Shown one piece after another: positions 16,141 through 24,355 of a stretch of 64,000 bases of DNA. A model generated the notes under the pieces. The model had not been told where the DNA came from. It saw only the letters and a list, made by a program, of their open reading frames with translations, and searched no databases. Origin of the DNA: Candidatus Omnitrophota bacterium (lineage in GTDB: Bacteria > Omnitrophota > Gorgyraeia > Zapsychrales > Fredricksoniimonadaceae); assembly GCA_015233145.1 (NCBI GenBank), contig JADFYI010000002.1, forward strand, positions 44,495 through 108,494, written 5' to 3'. Position 1 is the first letter of the stretch. Every line of letters starts with the position of its first letter. The position numbers and the translations under genes are program-made.

Positions 16141-17469
16141 TTATTTTACAACGTGGATTGTGCGGCTGATCGTACTCGTATAATTTCCCTGCTCATCGCT
16201 GATAATGCCGTAAATCCTGTAAATTCCAGGTGTTATTGGAGCTGTCAGGATGGCTTTATTATCGTGAATGTCGAATGTTAAAGAAATGCGCTGGTTAGGA
16301 TTCTCAACAAGACTGGAATCGAATTCTGTTGAGGCAATATAAGCATAAGAAATGCCGCGGGCTCCACCGCTGGCATCAAGCGCAACCTCAACATCTTCAC
16401 CAGGATGAATATTATTTTCCTTGCTCAGGGACATGCTTTTGAGAAAAGGATAGGATGCCTTGCTGCTTGTGGCGGTATATAAATCTTTTATTTTCAAAAA
16501 AGACAATTTCCGTGTATCTCCAAAATTCAAATTCCACCACGTCAATGAAACCTGGGTCGTCTCCCCAAGAAAAAAGGCAAAACCACCCAGGTTATATCCT
16601 TTTTTTTCAAAAATAGCCGCAGTCTCCCAGCTGTAAAAATCTGCTTTTTCCTGGTCATTTAACTCCAGCGGACGGTCATTAACATCCTTGGCAAGCGCCC
16701 ATGGTCCTGGAGGCCCAAATTCAGTAAAAATAATGGGAATCTTTTGTTGAGAAAGTATCTGGGCATGGGTTTGCCGAACAGCTCCGTAAACATTAATCCC
16801 GAGAATATCCAGGCTCGGAACATATTGGGCAATATAATCAAAATCTGTCAGGTAGGCTGAGGTATAGATAACAGGATGGTTCGGGTCTATGCGATGAACC
16901 TCCTTAATAAGTTTTTCTAAAAATTGGACAAAAGCAATCCGCTCTTTCTCATCCTGGGTCCAATAAATCGTCTCATTGCCGATATTCCACGCCAAAACAG
17001 CCGGGTGGTTACGATATTTTTTGATATAAGTTAAGACTTCCTGCCGGACTTTGTCCCTGTAAGAATGGTCGGTGGCATAACTGCAGGTCCCATCAGGATG
17101 AACAGGATTTAACCAAAACCCGACATCCACGAGCAATCCATAAGACTTGGCTTGGTCCAGATAATCTTTTGTCGCCTGGCTAATACCCCATGTGCGCACG
17201 GCATTAGCACCCATATTTTTAGCAAGCTTCAGAAAATCCGTCTTTTTGTCATCGCTCAAGGCATGGCCGACGCCAACCCCCTTGATATAAAATTCCTGGC
17301 CGTTGACGGTCAAGGCCCAATGCCCTTGATCCCCTGTGACTTTAACAACGTTGCCTTCTACATTTTTTGCAAAAGAATAAGTGGTTGAAATAAAAAGAAT
17401 CAGGGCTGTTAAAAGGGCACATTTAAAGCCTGCGCCGTTTTGCAACAATAAAAATTGTTTCATAGGCAT
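16141..17469 (-). CDS. secreted TIM-barrel glycoside hydrolase (clan GH-A-like) with C-terminal Ig-like domain
   Basis: Signal/anchor sequence, GANAVRTWG, and WNIGNE (acid/base N-E motif typical of clan GH-A). Family and substrate undetermined. The 5' end overlaps the methyltransferase gene by 41-47 nt. Confidence 0.6.
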   Translation of the reverse strand: MPMKQFLLLQNGAGFKCALLTALILFISTTYSFAKNVEGNVVKVTGDQGHWALTVNGQEFYIKGVGVGHALSDDKKTDFLKLAKNMGANAVRTWGISQATKDYLDQAKSYGLLVDVGFWLNPVHPDGTCSYATDHSYRDKVRQEVLTYIKKYRNHPAVLAWNIGNETIYWTQDEKERIAFVQFLEKLIKEVHRIDPNHPVIYTSAYLTDFDYIAQYVPSLDILGINVYGAVRQTHAQILSQQKIPIIFTEFGPPGPWALAKDVNDRPLELNDQEKADFYSWETAAIFEKKGYNLGGFAFFLGETTQVSLTWWNLNFGDTRKLSFLKIKDLYTATSSKASYPFLKSMSLSKENNIHPGEDVEVALDASGGARGISYAYIASTEFDSSLVENPNQRISLTFDIHDNKAILTAPITPGIYRIYGIISDEQGNYTSTISRTIHVVK

Positions 17470-18307
17470 TCCAACCCAATAAGATTTTTAACAATAAAAA
17501 GAATGCAAACCTGACATCATCCCTCCACTTGCGAATTCCTGTTGTCGTATAGGCAGGGTCCAAAGAATCTTCGAGAAGAGAGAAATTCTTTCGGGATAAA
17601 AATTGTTTCAAGCTCTGCACCGTGAAATAAGATAAATGAATCTCATCCATGGTCTGATCAAGCCGTATCCTGGAAATCCCGTAAACGCCGAATTTTTTGT
17701 TTCGGTCCAGCGATAAGATAGAAAATATTCGTTTGACCGGACGTTTGATCAAGGCCCTTAGCGAGAAAATCTCATTGGGGACTGCAATGACAATAATCCC
17801 GTCTTCTTTAAGAAGATGAAAACATTTGTCAATCACTCCCGATGGAGATTCGACATGCTCAAGGACATGGAAAAGTGTAATAACATCAAAGCGTTCATTA
17901 TGAAAATCAAGCTCTTCCAGCCCGCCTTTCCTCAAATTCAGCTGGTATTTCTCACTGGCCAGTTTCACTGCGGAATCAGACACCTCTGTGCCCTGGACGT
18001 TAAAATGAACGCGCGCGTGAAATAAAAATTGGCCAATGCCTGTTCCGACATCCAAAAGAGAACCTTTTTTTTTATGCTTTTCTATCTTTTTAAGGCGCCG
18101 TTGCCAAAGGATGTCACGGCCATGCTCCTGGCGGAGCCAGGAGTCATATTTGTCATCCCGCGAATAAAATCCGCTGATTTCAGCTGAAGTGGGCCTGGGG
18201 CTATGAAAAATATACCCGCACGATGGACAGCGGCAAACATTGTTTCGACTGTCCACAGAAACGACCTTGTCACTACCGCATAAATCACATGCCGTTAAAT
18301 AATTCAT
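17423..18307 (-). CDS. class I SAM-dependent methyltransferase with N-terminal zinc ribbon
   Basis: CDLCGS...CRCPSCG zinc ribbon. SAM motif I is LLDVGTGIGQF. The FDVITLFHVLEHV pattern is typical of the Methyltransf_11/23 type. Confidence 0.8.
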   Translation of the reverse strand: MNYLTACDLCGSDKVVSVDSRNNVCRCPSCGYIFHSPRPTSAEISGFYSRDDKYDSWLRQEHGRDILWQRRLKKIEKHKKKGSLLDVGTGIGQFLFHARVHFNVQGTEVSDSAVKLASEKYQLNLRKGGLEELDFHNERFDVITLFHVLEHVESPSGVIDKCFHLLKEDGIIVIAVPNEIFSLRALIKRPVKRIFSILSLDRNKKFGVYGISRIRLDQTMDEIHLSYFTVQSLKQFLSRKNFSLLEDSLDPAYTTTGIRKWRDDVRFAFFLLLKILLGWNAYETIFIVAKRRRL

Positions 18308-18371
18308 ACCATGCTCTCTAAAACCATTAATTGTATTTTTGGCACTTCTTTACTAAACATATTAAAGTGTT

Positions 18372-18399
18372 TTGCATTTTCGGTAAAGTCCTGTATGAT
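18372..18399 (+). promoter_or_regulatory. sigma70-like promoter for the 58-aa zinc-ribbon gene
   Basis: TTGCAT (18372..18377), a 16-nt spacer, then TATGAT (18394..18399), about 78 nt upstream of the ATG. Confidence 0.5.
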
Positions 18400-18476
18400 A
18401 AAACAAATAAACGATCTGGCAAAACGGCTGTTCAAGTGAACTCGCCCGGCCAGATCAAAATCGTAAGGATAAGAAT

Positions 18477-18653
18477 ATGGGTTTTCATCAAGGTGGTGGC
18501 AGGGGCGGATACGACAGCAGTCGTCCGAGAGAGTTTCACAAGGCAGTTTGCGCAGAATGCAAAAAGGAATGTGAAGTTCCTTTCAAGCCGAGCAATGATC
18601 GCCCGGTTTATTGCAAGGATTGCTTCTCAAAACGCAAGGATGGCGGCCGCTAA
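18477..18653 (+). CDS. 58-aa CxxC-x17-CxxC zinc-ribbon protein with Gly/Arg-rich N-terminus (not in ORF track)
   Basis: Hand translation gives MGFHQGGGRGGYDSSRPREFHKAVCAECKKECEVPFKPSNDRPVYCKDCFSKRKDGGR. AAGGA lies 7 nt upstream, and the gene has its own promoter and a perfect terminator. The motif is near-identical to that in ORF 5461..5967. The 108-aa track ORF 18331..18657 is in another frame. Confidence 0.78.
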   Translation: MGFHQGGGRGGYDSSRPREFHKAVCAECKKECEVPFKPSNDRPVYCKDCFSKRKDGGR

Positions 18654-18683
18654 TTAAGCGGCTGTGTCGTTTTTCAATAAAAA

Positions 18684-18720
18684 ATCTGGAGATGCATTGC
18701 ATCTCCAGATTTTTTATTTT
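18684..18720. terminator. bidirectional rho-independent terminator
   Basis: Perfect 13-bp palindrome atctggagatgca / tgcatctccagat (18684..18710), flanked by AAAAAA upstream and TTTTTTATTTT downstream. It sits between convergent genes. Confidence 0.8.
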
Positions 18721-19223
18721 CACGGATAAACCACAATCTTATCCCCTGTGATCTTGGCATTGGGGACAATGACTCTTTTGTTATCCTCGGCAATAATCAC
18801 GGTATTAAAAATCTGGATTTCGTGGACAATGCCAACAGCGCCGCCAGCTTCAATCTTGTCACCCACATGAAACGGCTGGAATAAAATAAGCATAACACCC
18901 GATGCGAAATTTGCCAGAGACCCCTGAAGAGCAAAGCCTACAGCCAGAGACGCGGCACCCACAACAGCAATAAACGAACTTGTTTCCACACCCAGCTTAT
19001 TTAATGCCGCAATGATCACAAACGTCATGATGCCGTAAAATCCAAGATGCCGGGCAAAGGACGCCAGTGTTTTATCAATCTTGGCCCTGACCATGGCTTC
19101 TTCAATCAATTTAACGACAACTTTGGCAATCAATCGGCCGATAATAAAAATTACAATCGCGCCAATGACGTTCATGCCATACTGGATAACATACTCATAA
19201 ACCTTATTAATCACTTCCTGCAT
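18720..19223 (-). CDS. short MscS-family mechanosensitive channel (TM1-3 plus beta domain only)
   Basis: AASLAVGFALQGSLANFASGVMLILFQPFHVGDKIEAGGAVGIVHEIQIFNTVI aligns by eye to E. coli MscS TM3/beta domain. The start is trimmed to ATG 19223, with GGAGG 5 nt upstream. The ORF ends where the MscS alpha/beta domain would begin. Confidence 0.75.
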   Translation of the reverse strand: MQEVINKVYEYVIQYGMNVIGAIVIFIIGRLIAKVVVKLIEEAMVRAKIDKTLASFARHLGFYGIMTFVIIAALNKLGVETSSFIAVVGAASLAVGFALQGSLANFASGVMLILFQPFHVGDKIEAGGAVGIVHEIQIFNTVIIAEDNKRVIVPNAKITGDKIVVYP

Positions 19224-19241
19224 CTGAGCCTCCTTATTTTT

Positions 19242-19310
19242 CAAGAATTCTTGGAAAATAACTCCTAAAGCTACCTGGGGTTCCAACAGAACCCCGGAGC
19301 TTTAGGAGTT
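19242..19310. repeat. structured intergenic element, copy 1 (EcoRI-centred palindrome plus two-tier hairpin)
   Basis: caagaattcttg gaaaataa then hairpin aactcctaaagct-acc(t)ggggtt-ccaacag-aaccccgg-agctttaggagtt. Homologous to 34180..34244. Confidence 0.85.
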
Positions 19311-19330
19311 TTAAAAGCATTTCAACTGAC

Positions 19331-19684
19331 TTACCTCGCATAATCATCCTCAAGGCGCACAATATCTTTCTCCGTAAGCTCATCGCCACAGGCCACTTCA
19401 ATAAACACCAAAGGTTTTTTGCCGAGATTGGATATGCGGTGAATAACGTGCACCGGGATATCAACAATAGAACCCTTGGCCACAGTCACTGTCAGTTCAT
19501 TGACCGTCACCATGCCCTGACCTGAAACAATAATCCATTTTTCAGACCTGTGGCCGTGTTTTTGAAGGCTCAATCTCTGGCCAGGATTGACTTCAACGCG
19601 TTTCACCCAAACGCCTGCCTCTTGAAAAATCTTGTGATACGTACCCCACGGCCTTGCTGTAATCCCTTCTTTTGCTTTTGTCAT
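19331..19684 (-). CDS. cupin-domain protein related to the C-terminal domain of type II mannose-6-phosphate isomerase
   Basis: RPWGTYHKI...VKRVEVNPGQRLSLQKHGHRSEKWIIVSGQG motif. The start is trimmed to ATG 19684 (AAGGA 7 nt upstream), which removes the overlap with the patatin gene. Confidence 0.75.
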   Translation of the reverse strand: MTKAKEGITARPWGTYHKIFQEAGVWVKRVEVNPGQRLSLQKHGHRSEKWIIVSGQGMVTVNELTVTVAKGSIVDIPVHVIHRISNLGKKPLVFIEVACGDELTEKDIVRLEDDYAR

Positions 19685-19697
19685 AATAAATCCTTGA

Positions 19698-21788
19698 TTA
19701 AGATTTCTTCTTGATGATGTCCTTGATTCTTTCAATATGCTTTTTGGCCGCCGCTTCCCCACGCGCGATCAAAACATCGGCATTGTAGAGCTCAAACCAG
19801 TTTAACCCTGACAAGTCCGGATGAATCACAATATCCGCCTGCCGGGCGCTTTGATCGGCAATGACGGCTTCGGAGGCTTCCAGTGTTCGCACAATAATAT
19901 CAGAAATATTAGGAAAAAACGTCTTGTTAATCCAGAACTTAAAACGCGTTTCAATAAAAATCCAGGGATCAGCCAGAAACGGAATTTCCAAAGATTTCTT
20001 AAGTTCGTTTTGGGTTTTCTGATATCCGTTAATCACGTCCTGTGCAGATTGAAGGACATTAACGGCAATAATTCTTTTTACGTCATCGCCCACAAGAACG
20101 TTCACCGGCAGCGGGTTCATGACGCCGCCGTCGATAATAAGCTGGTCTTCGGTCACAATCGGCTGAAAAACACCGGGGATGGAAATACTTTTCCTCACGG
20201 CATCCACCAAAGACCCTTCTTCAATAACCAAATCCTTGCGGTGCAAAAGGTCATAGGCCACAATTTTTAAAGGGATCCGAGTGTCCCTGAAAGTTTTTTC
20301 TCCGTATTTGCTGCGCAGCCACGCCATAATGGCCTTGCCGCTGATAAGCCCGGATAACGGAAAAACAAGGTCGATCAATTTAACCAGGTTGGATTTCTTT
20401 TTAAACTCCAGCGCCATTTTCTCAAGATCCGAAGATTTATAGCCAGCAGCCCAAAGCCCGCCGATTAAAGCGCCCATGGAACTGCCAACAATCACGTCGA
20501 TAGGAATCCCCTCTTCTTCAAGGACTTTAATAACCCCAATATGCGAAAGGCCAAATGCAGCGCCTCCTCCCAAGACCAAGCCAACAGAGACCCCGGATAT
20601 CCTTCTTGAAATCCGCGTAATCATTTTGGAATACTGGCTTAACGAACTGATCGCCCAAAAACTGATCACAGGCGTATCCATATGCATGGCCAGGTCTTTC
20701 GTTTGAATATGCGGCAGGAACGCCAGGACATCATAATCAAGAATACTTTTAACCGTTTCTTCCGACATGCTGCGGTGAGAACTGACGCCGCCGATAACAA
20801 CACTCACCTTCTCCTCATTAAACGTTTCCCGAAGGTTTTCTTCCAGCCGGTCCAAAACCGCGCGCCCGACATCAAGCACCTCGCGTTTTCTGGCCATGAC
20901 AAGGTAAATTAAATCAGACTGGGACAGGGTTTTCATCACAATATCGTCCATGTCGCTGGGGAGATCCACGATAATGTAACGATACTGGTCAATAAAACTC
21001 GCGACAAACTGGCTGATATGGCCGACAAGCTGTTTGTCCTGAGAGTCAAAAACCACATTCAAAAGGTCTATGCCAAGGTCTGTCTTTAAAATGATTTCAG
21101 GAATGGCTTCCGTATCATGAACAATTTCCGCGAGATTGCGCGGCTCTGTTTTCCATTTAGGACGGACCTCGTCAAGATCGGAAAATATCTGATGCTGGGG
21201 CGGTTTATCAGAACGGATACTCACCCACACAACCCTGTCTTTTGTTTCATTGTAAAGACTGAGGGCTAAATTCAAAGCATACGTCGACCCGCCAGACCCG
21301 GCCACAGGGCTATAAATGGAAATGATCGAACTTTTCCTGACAAGGTCGGTCTTGGTGACCTTGCTTCGAATGCGCTGGGAAAGAATCTTGCTGAATTTAA
21401 TGCCAAGGTCAGGATTTTTCTTAAGAATGACTTTAAACTGCGGGACAGGAATCCTTAAAATCACAGAGTCATTGATGGCTTCAAAAGTTTCAGAATGCGC
21501 CTCACCTGTTAAGGCTGAAATAATCCCGAAAAACATTCCACGATGAATAAATTCAACGCCGTCTTTTCTTCCGTCGGAGTCAAGGCTGTAGGACTCAAGC
21601 CTTCCTGAGGCAAGGAAATAAACAAAATCCGGCTGGTTGCCGCGCCGGGAAACAAGGTCGCCTTTTTTATAATGCACCAGTTCGCTTTTTCTGGCAATCG
21701 ACTGGATGTGAAACCAATGCAGGGAAGAAAAAACAGGGATCCTTTTGACAATAGAGCAGCGTTGAAGAAAAGAAGCCATCTCAATCAT
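19698..21788 (-). CDS. cyclic-nucleotide-binding domain / degenerate ParA-MinD-like domain / patatin-like phospholipase fusion
   Basis: The N-terminal CAP_ED-like region runs from YKKGDLVSRRGNQPDFVYFLASGRL to FFG. The middle region has SIYSPVAGSGGSTYALNLALSL (a degenerate K-G-G-x-G-K-T) and YIIVDLP. The patatin region has GLVLGGGAAFG (oxyanion), GSSMG (G-x-S-x-G) and IDGG (catalytic Asp). Confidence 0.85.
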   Translation of the reverse strand: MIEMASFLQRCSIVKRIPVFSSLHWFHIQSIARKSELVHYKKGDLVSRRGNQPDFVYFLASGRLESYSLDSDGRKDGVEFIHRGMFFGIISALTGEAHSETFEAINDSVILRIPVPQFKVILKKNPDLGIKFSKILSQRIRSKVTKTDLVRKSSIISIYSPVAGSGGSTYALNLALSLYNETKDRVVWVSIRSDKPPQHQIFSDLDEVRPKWKTEPRNLAEIVHDTEAIPEIILKTDLGIDLLNVVFDSQDKQLVGHISQFVASFIDQYRYIIVDLPSDMDDIVMKTLSQSDLIYLVMARKREVLDVGRAVLDRLEENLRETFNEEKVSVVIGGVSSHRSMSEETVKSILDYDVLAFLPHIQTKDLAMHMDTPVISFWAISSLSQYSKMITRISRRISGVSVGLVLGGGAAFGLSHIGVIKVLEEEGIPIDVIVGSSMGALIGGLWAAGYKSSDLEKMALEFKKKSNLVKLIDLVFPLSGLISGKAIMAWLRSKYGEKTFRDTRIPLKIVAYDLLHRKDLVIEEGSLVDAVRKSISIPGVFQPIVTEDQLIIDGGVMNPLPVNVLVGDDVKRIIAVNVLQSAQDVINGYQKTQNELKKSLEIPFLADPWIFIETRFKFWINKTFFPNISDIIVRTLEASEAVIADQSARQADIVIHPDLSGLNWFELYNADVLIARGEAAAKKHIERIKDIIKKKS

Positions 21789-21793
21789 AAGCG

Positions 21794-22654
21794 CTAATCC
21801 TTGCGGGGAAGCAATACCTTGTTAACAAGCCAGGCATACATTTTAAAAGGGACATTACGCACAAATTTATACCGCAAATACGAGCGAAACCCGATAATAT
21901 TACGAAAAGGCATATTTCTTGCCTCTACCAATCGCTCTAAAACTTTGGCCACTTCCTCGGGGTCTCTCTTATTTTTTCTGACATGATCATCGAGAAGTTT
22001 CCTCAAATGCCGGCTGATCCGGTAATAAGGGCTTTGAGGATCATGAAAATATTTTGCATACCTGGCATTGTCTTCGAAAATTTTTGTCCGGTAAGAACCT
22101 GGTTCCACAACCGCCACATCAATCCCCAAAGGCTTCAGTTCCATATAAAGGCACTCTGAAAAGCCTTCCAGCGCCCATTTGCTGGAAGCATACGCGCTGA
22201 AAGCCGGTGTCCCGGAAAAAGAGGCCAGGCTTGTAACGTTAATCACCTTGCCTGTCTTTTGCCCGCGCATCAAGGGCAAAACAGCCCTGGTCACAGCCAA
22301 AACGCCAAAAAAATTAACATCAAATTGCGCGCGATAATCATCGTCGGAAAGGTCTTCAAAGAATCCGCCGATGCCAAACCCGGCATTGTTAATCAGGACA
22401 TCAATCTTTTTTTCTTGGGCTGAAATGTGCTGAACCGCGGCAAGGATAGTTTCAGGTTTTGTCACATCCAAAGGGATAATTTTTAGGTTATTGTCCCCGC
22501 CGCGCTTCTTGACTTCAGTTAAAAGGGGTTTTGACTTGGAGACATCCCGCATGGTGGCATAAACCTGATGGCCTTTGGCGGCCAGACGCGCCGCAGTCAG
22601 CATACCAAAACCGCTCGAACAGCCGGTAATGAGGATGGTTTTCTTTAAAGACAT
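21794..22654 (-). CDS. short-chain dehydrogenase/reductase
   Basis: TGCSSGFG cofactor motif, NNAG, and catalytic S...YASSK. Confidence 0.85.
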   Translation of the reverse strand: MSLKKTILITGCSSGFGMLTAARLAAKGHQVYATMRDVSKSKPLLTEVKKRGGDNNLKIIPLDVTKPETILAAVQHISAQEKKIDVLINNAGFGIGGFFEDLSDDDYRAQFDVNFFGVLAVTRAVLPLMRGQKTGKVINVTSLASFSGTPAFSAYASSKWALEGFSECLYMELKPLGIDVAVVEPGSYRTKIFEDNARYAKYFHDPQSPYYRISRHLRKLLDDHVRKNKRDPEEVAKVLERLVEARNMPFRNIIGFRSYLRYKFVRNVPFKMYAWLVNKVLLPRKD

Positions 22655-23718
22655 TATTTAAGGGTCTTCTGTATCAGTAATGCGTCGGCCAGGACCAATG
22701 CAGTCATGGCTTCAACAACAGGGACAATGCGCGGGGTCAGGCACGGGTCGTGGCGGCCCTTGATTTCAATCTGGGACAGTGTCCCTTCGGCATTGGCGGC
22801 CATTTGCTTTTTACTGATGGATGACGTGGGCTTGACAGCCAGGCGAAAAACTATGGGTTCGCCTGTGGATATGCCGCCAGTAATTCCGCCGGAAAAATTA
22901 TTCTTGGTCCTCGGGGTGCCCTGGTCTAAAACAATCTCATCGTTACTTTCCGAACCCTTCATGGTCGCGGCCATAAAGCCGATCCCGAATTCAATGCCTT
23001 TAACAGCACCGATCGACAAAAGCGCATGGGAAAGGCTGGCTTCGAGTTTGTCAAAAACCGGGTCGCCAAGCCCTGCAGGGCAGTTGTCCACAACCGCCTC
23101 TATAATCCCGCCCACGGAATCCCCGGCCTCTTTGGCGGCAGTGATGAGTTTTATCATGTCTTCGGCTTTTTCAAGGTCAGGAGCACGGACAATATTTTTT
23201 TCAATAACGCTTTTATCAATGGTCTCAGCGTAAATCCCGCCAATGGCCAAAGTATAGGCTGTCACCTGGATATTCTGCGCTAAAAGAATTTTCTTGGCCA
23301 CAGCGCCGGCAGCCACACGCGCCGCTGTTTCACGGCCTGAAGAACGCCCGCCTCCCCTGTAATCGCGGATGCCATATTTCTGGGTATAAGTAAAATCTGC
23401 GTGGCCTGGTCTGAAAATGTCTTTGATTTCCGAGTAATCGGCTGAACGCTGGTCAGCGTTACGGATCAAAAGCGCAATCGGCGTGCCCGTGGTTTTTCCT
23501 TCAAAAACACCGGACAAAATTTCTACCACGTCACCTTCTTTTCGCGCGGTTGTGACTTCACTTTGCCCGGGCTTTCTGCGGTCCAGGTCTTTTTGGATAT
23601 CCTCCAAAGACAACTCCAAAAGCGGAGGGACGCCGTCAATAACACAGCCAATCGCCACACCATGGCTTTCACCGAAAGTCGTGACCTTAAAAATCTGACC
23701 GAAGCTGTTTCCCGCCAT
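22654..23718 (-). CDS. aroC: chorismate synthase
   Basis: MAGNSFGQIFKVTTFGESHG, RPGHADFTY and GRHDPC motifs over the full 354 aa. Confidence 0.95.
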   Translation of the reverse strand: MAGNSFGQIFKVTTFGESHGVAIGCVIDGVPPLLELSLEDIQKDLDRRKPGQSEVTTARKEGDVVEILSGVFEGKTTGTPIALLIRNADQRSADYSEIKDIFRPGHADFTYTQKYGIRDYRGGGRSSGRETAARVAAGAVAKKILLAQNIQVTAYTLAIGGIYAETIDKSVIEKNIVRAPDLEKAEDMIKLITAAKEAGDSVGGIIEAVVDNCPAGLGDPVFDKLEASLSHALLSIGAVKGIEFGIGFMAATMKGSESNDEIVLDQGTPRTKNNFSGGITGGISTGEPIVFRLAVKPTSSISKKQMAANAEGTLSQIEIKGRHDPCLTPRIVPVVEAMTALVLADALLIQKTLK

Positions 23719-23728
23719 AAGGATCCTT

Positions 23729-24340
23729 TTATTTTAACCAGGGTGTTTCTTTTACCAGCTTCTCCTCAAATGCTGAAATCTTATCTGTAAACTGAAGGGT
23801 CCAACCAACCTGGTCGAGCCCTTTGAGCAGACATTCCCTGTTAAAAGCATCGATTTCAAAGGGATATGTTTCCCCTCCGGCTTTCACAACCTTATTTTCA
23901 AGGTCAGCCGCCACATGAGCGCCTTTATTCTTTAAGACATATTGAAAAAGCTCTTCAACTTCTTCGACCTTTAATCGCACCAGGAGAATGCCGTTTTTAA
24001 TGCAATTATTATAGAAAATATCGGCAAAACTCGGCGCAATAATACAACGAAACCCGAAATCATATAACGCCCAGGGCGCATGTTCGCGCGAAGAGCCGCA
24101 GCCAAAATTATCCCGGGCCAGTAAAACCTGGGCCTTGTTGTAAGGCTCCTGATTAAGGATAAAATCTTTGTTTTCCTGAGTGCCCTCGTAATCGGTATAA
24201 CGCCATTCATGAAAAAGATGTTTCCCAAACCCTGTGCGTTCAATTTTTCTTAAGAACTGCTTGGGGATAATGGCATCTGTATCAACATTGGAACGATCCA
24301 AAGGCACGGCTACGGATGTTAAAACTGTAAACGGTTCCAT
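23729..24340 (-). CDS. leuD: 3-isopropylmalate dehydratase small subunit
   Basis: [26 protein letters not shown]. Immediately downstream of leuC. Confidence 0.92.
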   Translation of the reverse strand: MEPFTVLTSVAVPLDRSNVDTDAIIPKQFLRKIERTGFGKHLFHEWRYTDYEGTQENKDFILNQEPYNKAQVLLARDNFGCGSSREHAPWALYDFGFRCIIAPSFADIFYNNCIKNGILLVRLKVEEVEELFQYVLKNKGAHVAADLENKVVKAGGETYPFEIDAFNRECLLKGLDQVGWTLQFTDKISAFEEKLVKETPWLK

Positions 24341-24355
24341 AAAACACCCTTCTTA

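Noticed and set aside
18331-18657. 108-aa plus-strand ORF from the ORF track
   Set aside because: It has no recognisable motifs and its start lies upstream of the TTGCAT-16-TATGAT promoter. A different frame in the same interval (18477..18653) gives a zinc-ribbon protein with an SD and a paralogue elsewhere in the window. I treat the long ORF as a frame artefact.
19698-21788. cNMP-binding/patatin protein considered as a CBASS or Pycsar effector
   Set aside because: No CD-NTase or Pycsar-type cyclase, nor any other defence gene, is adjacent. The neighbours are an SDR and a cupin, composition is native, and the architecture also resembles NTE-type housekeeping lipases. I kept it as a finding but not as a called defence system.
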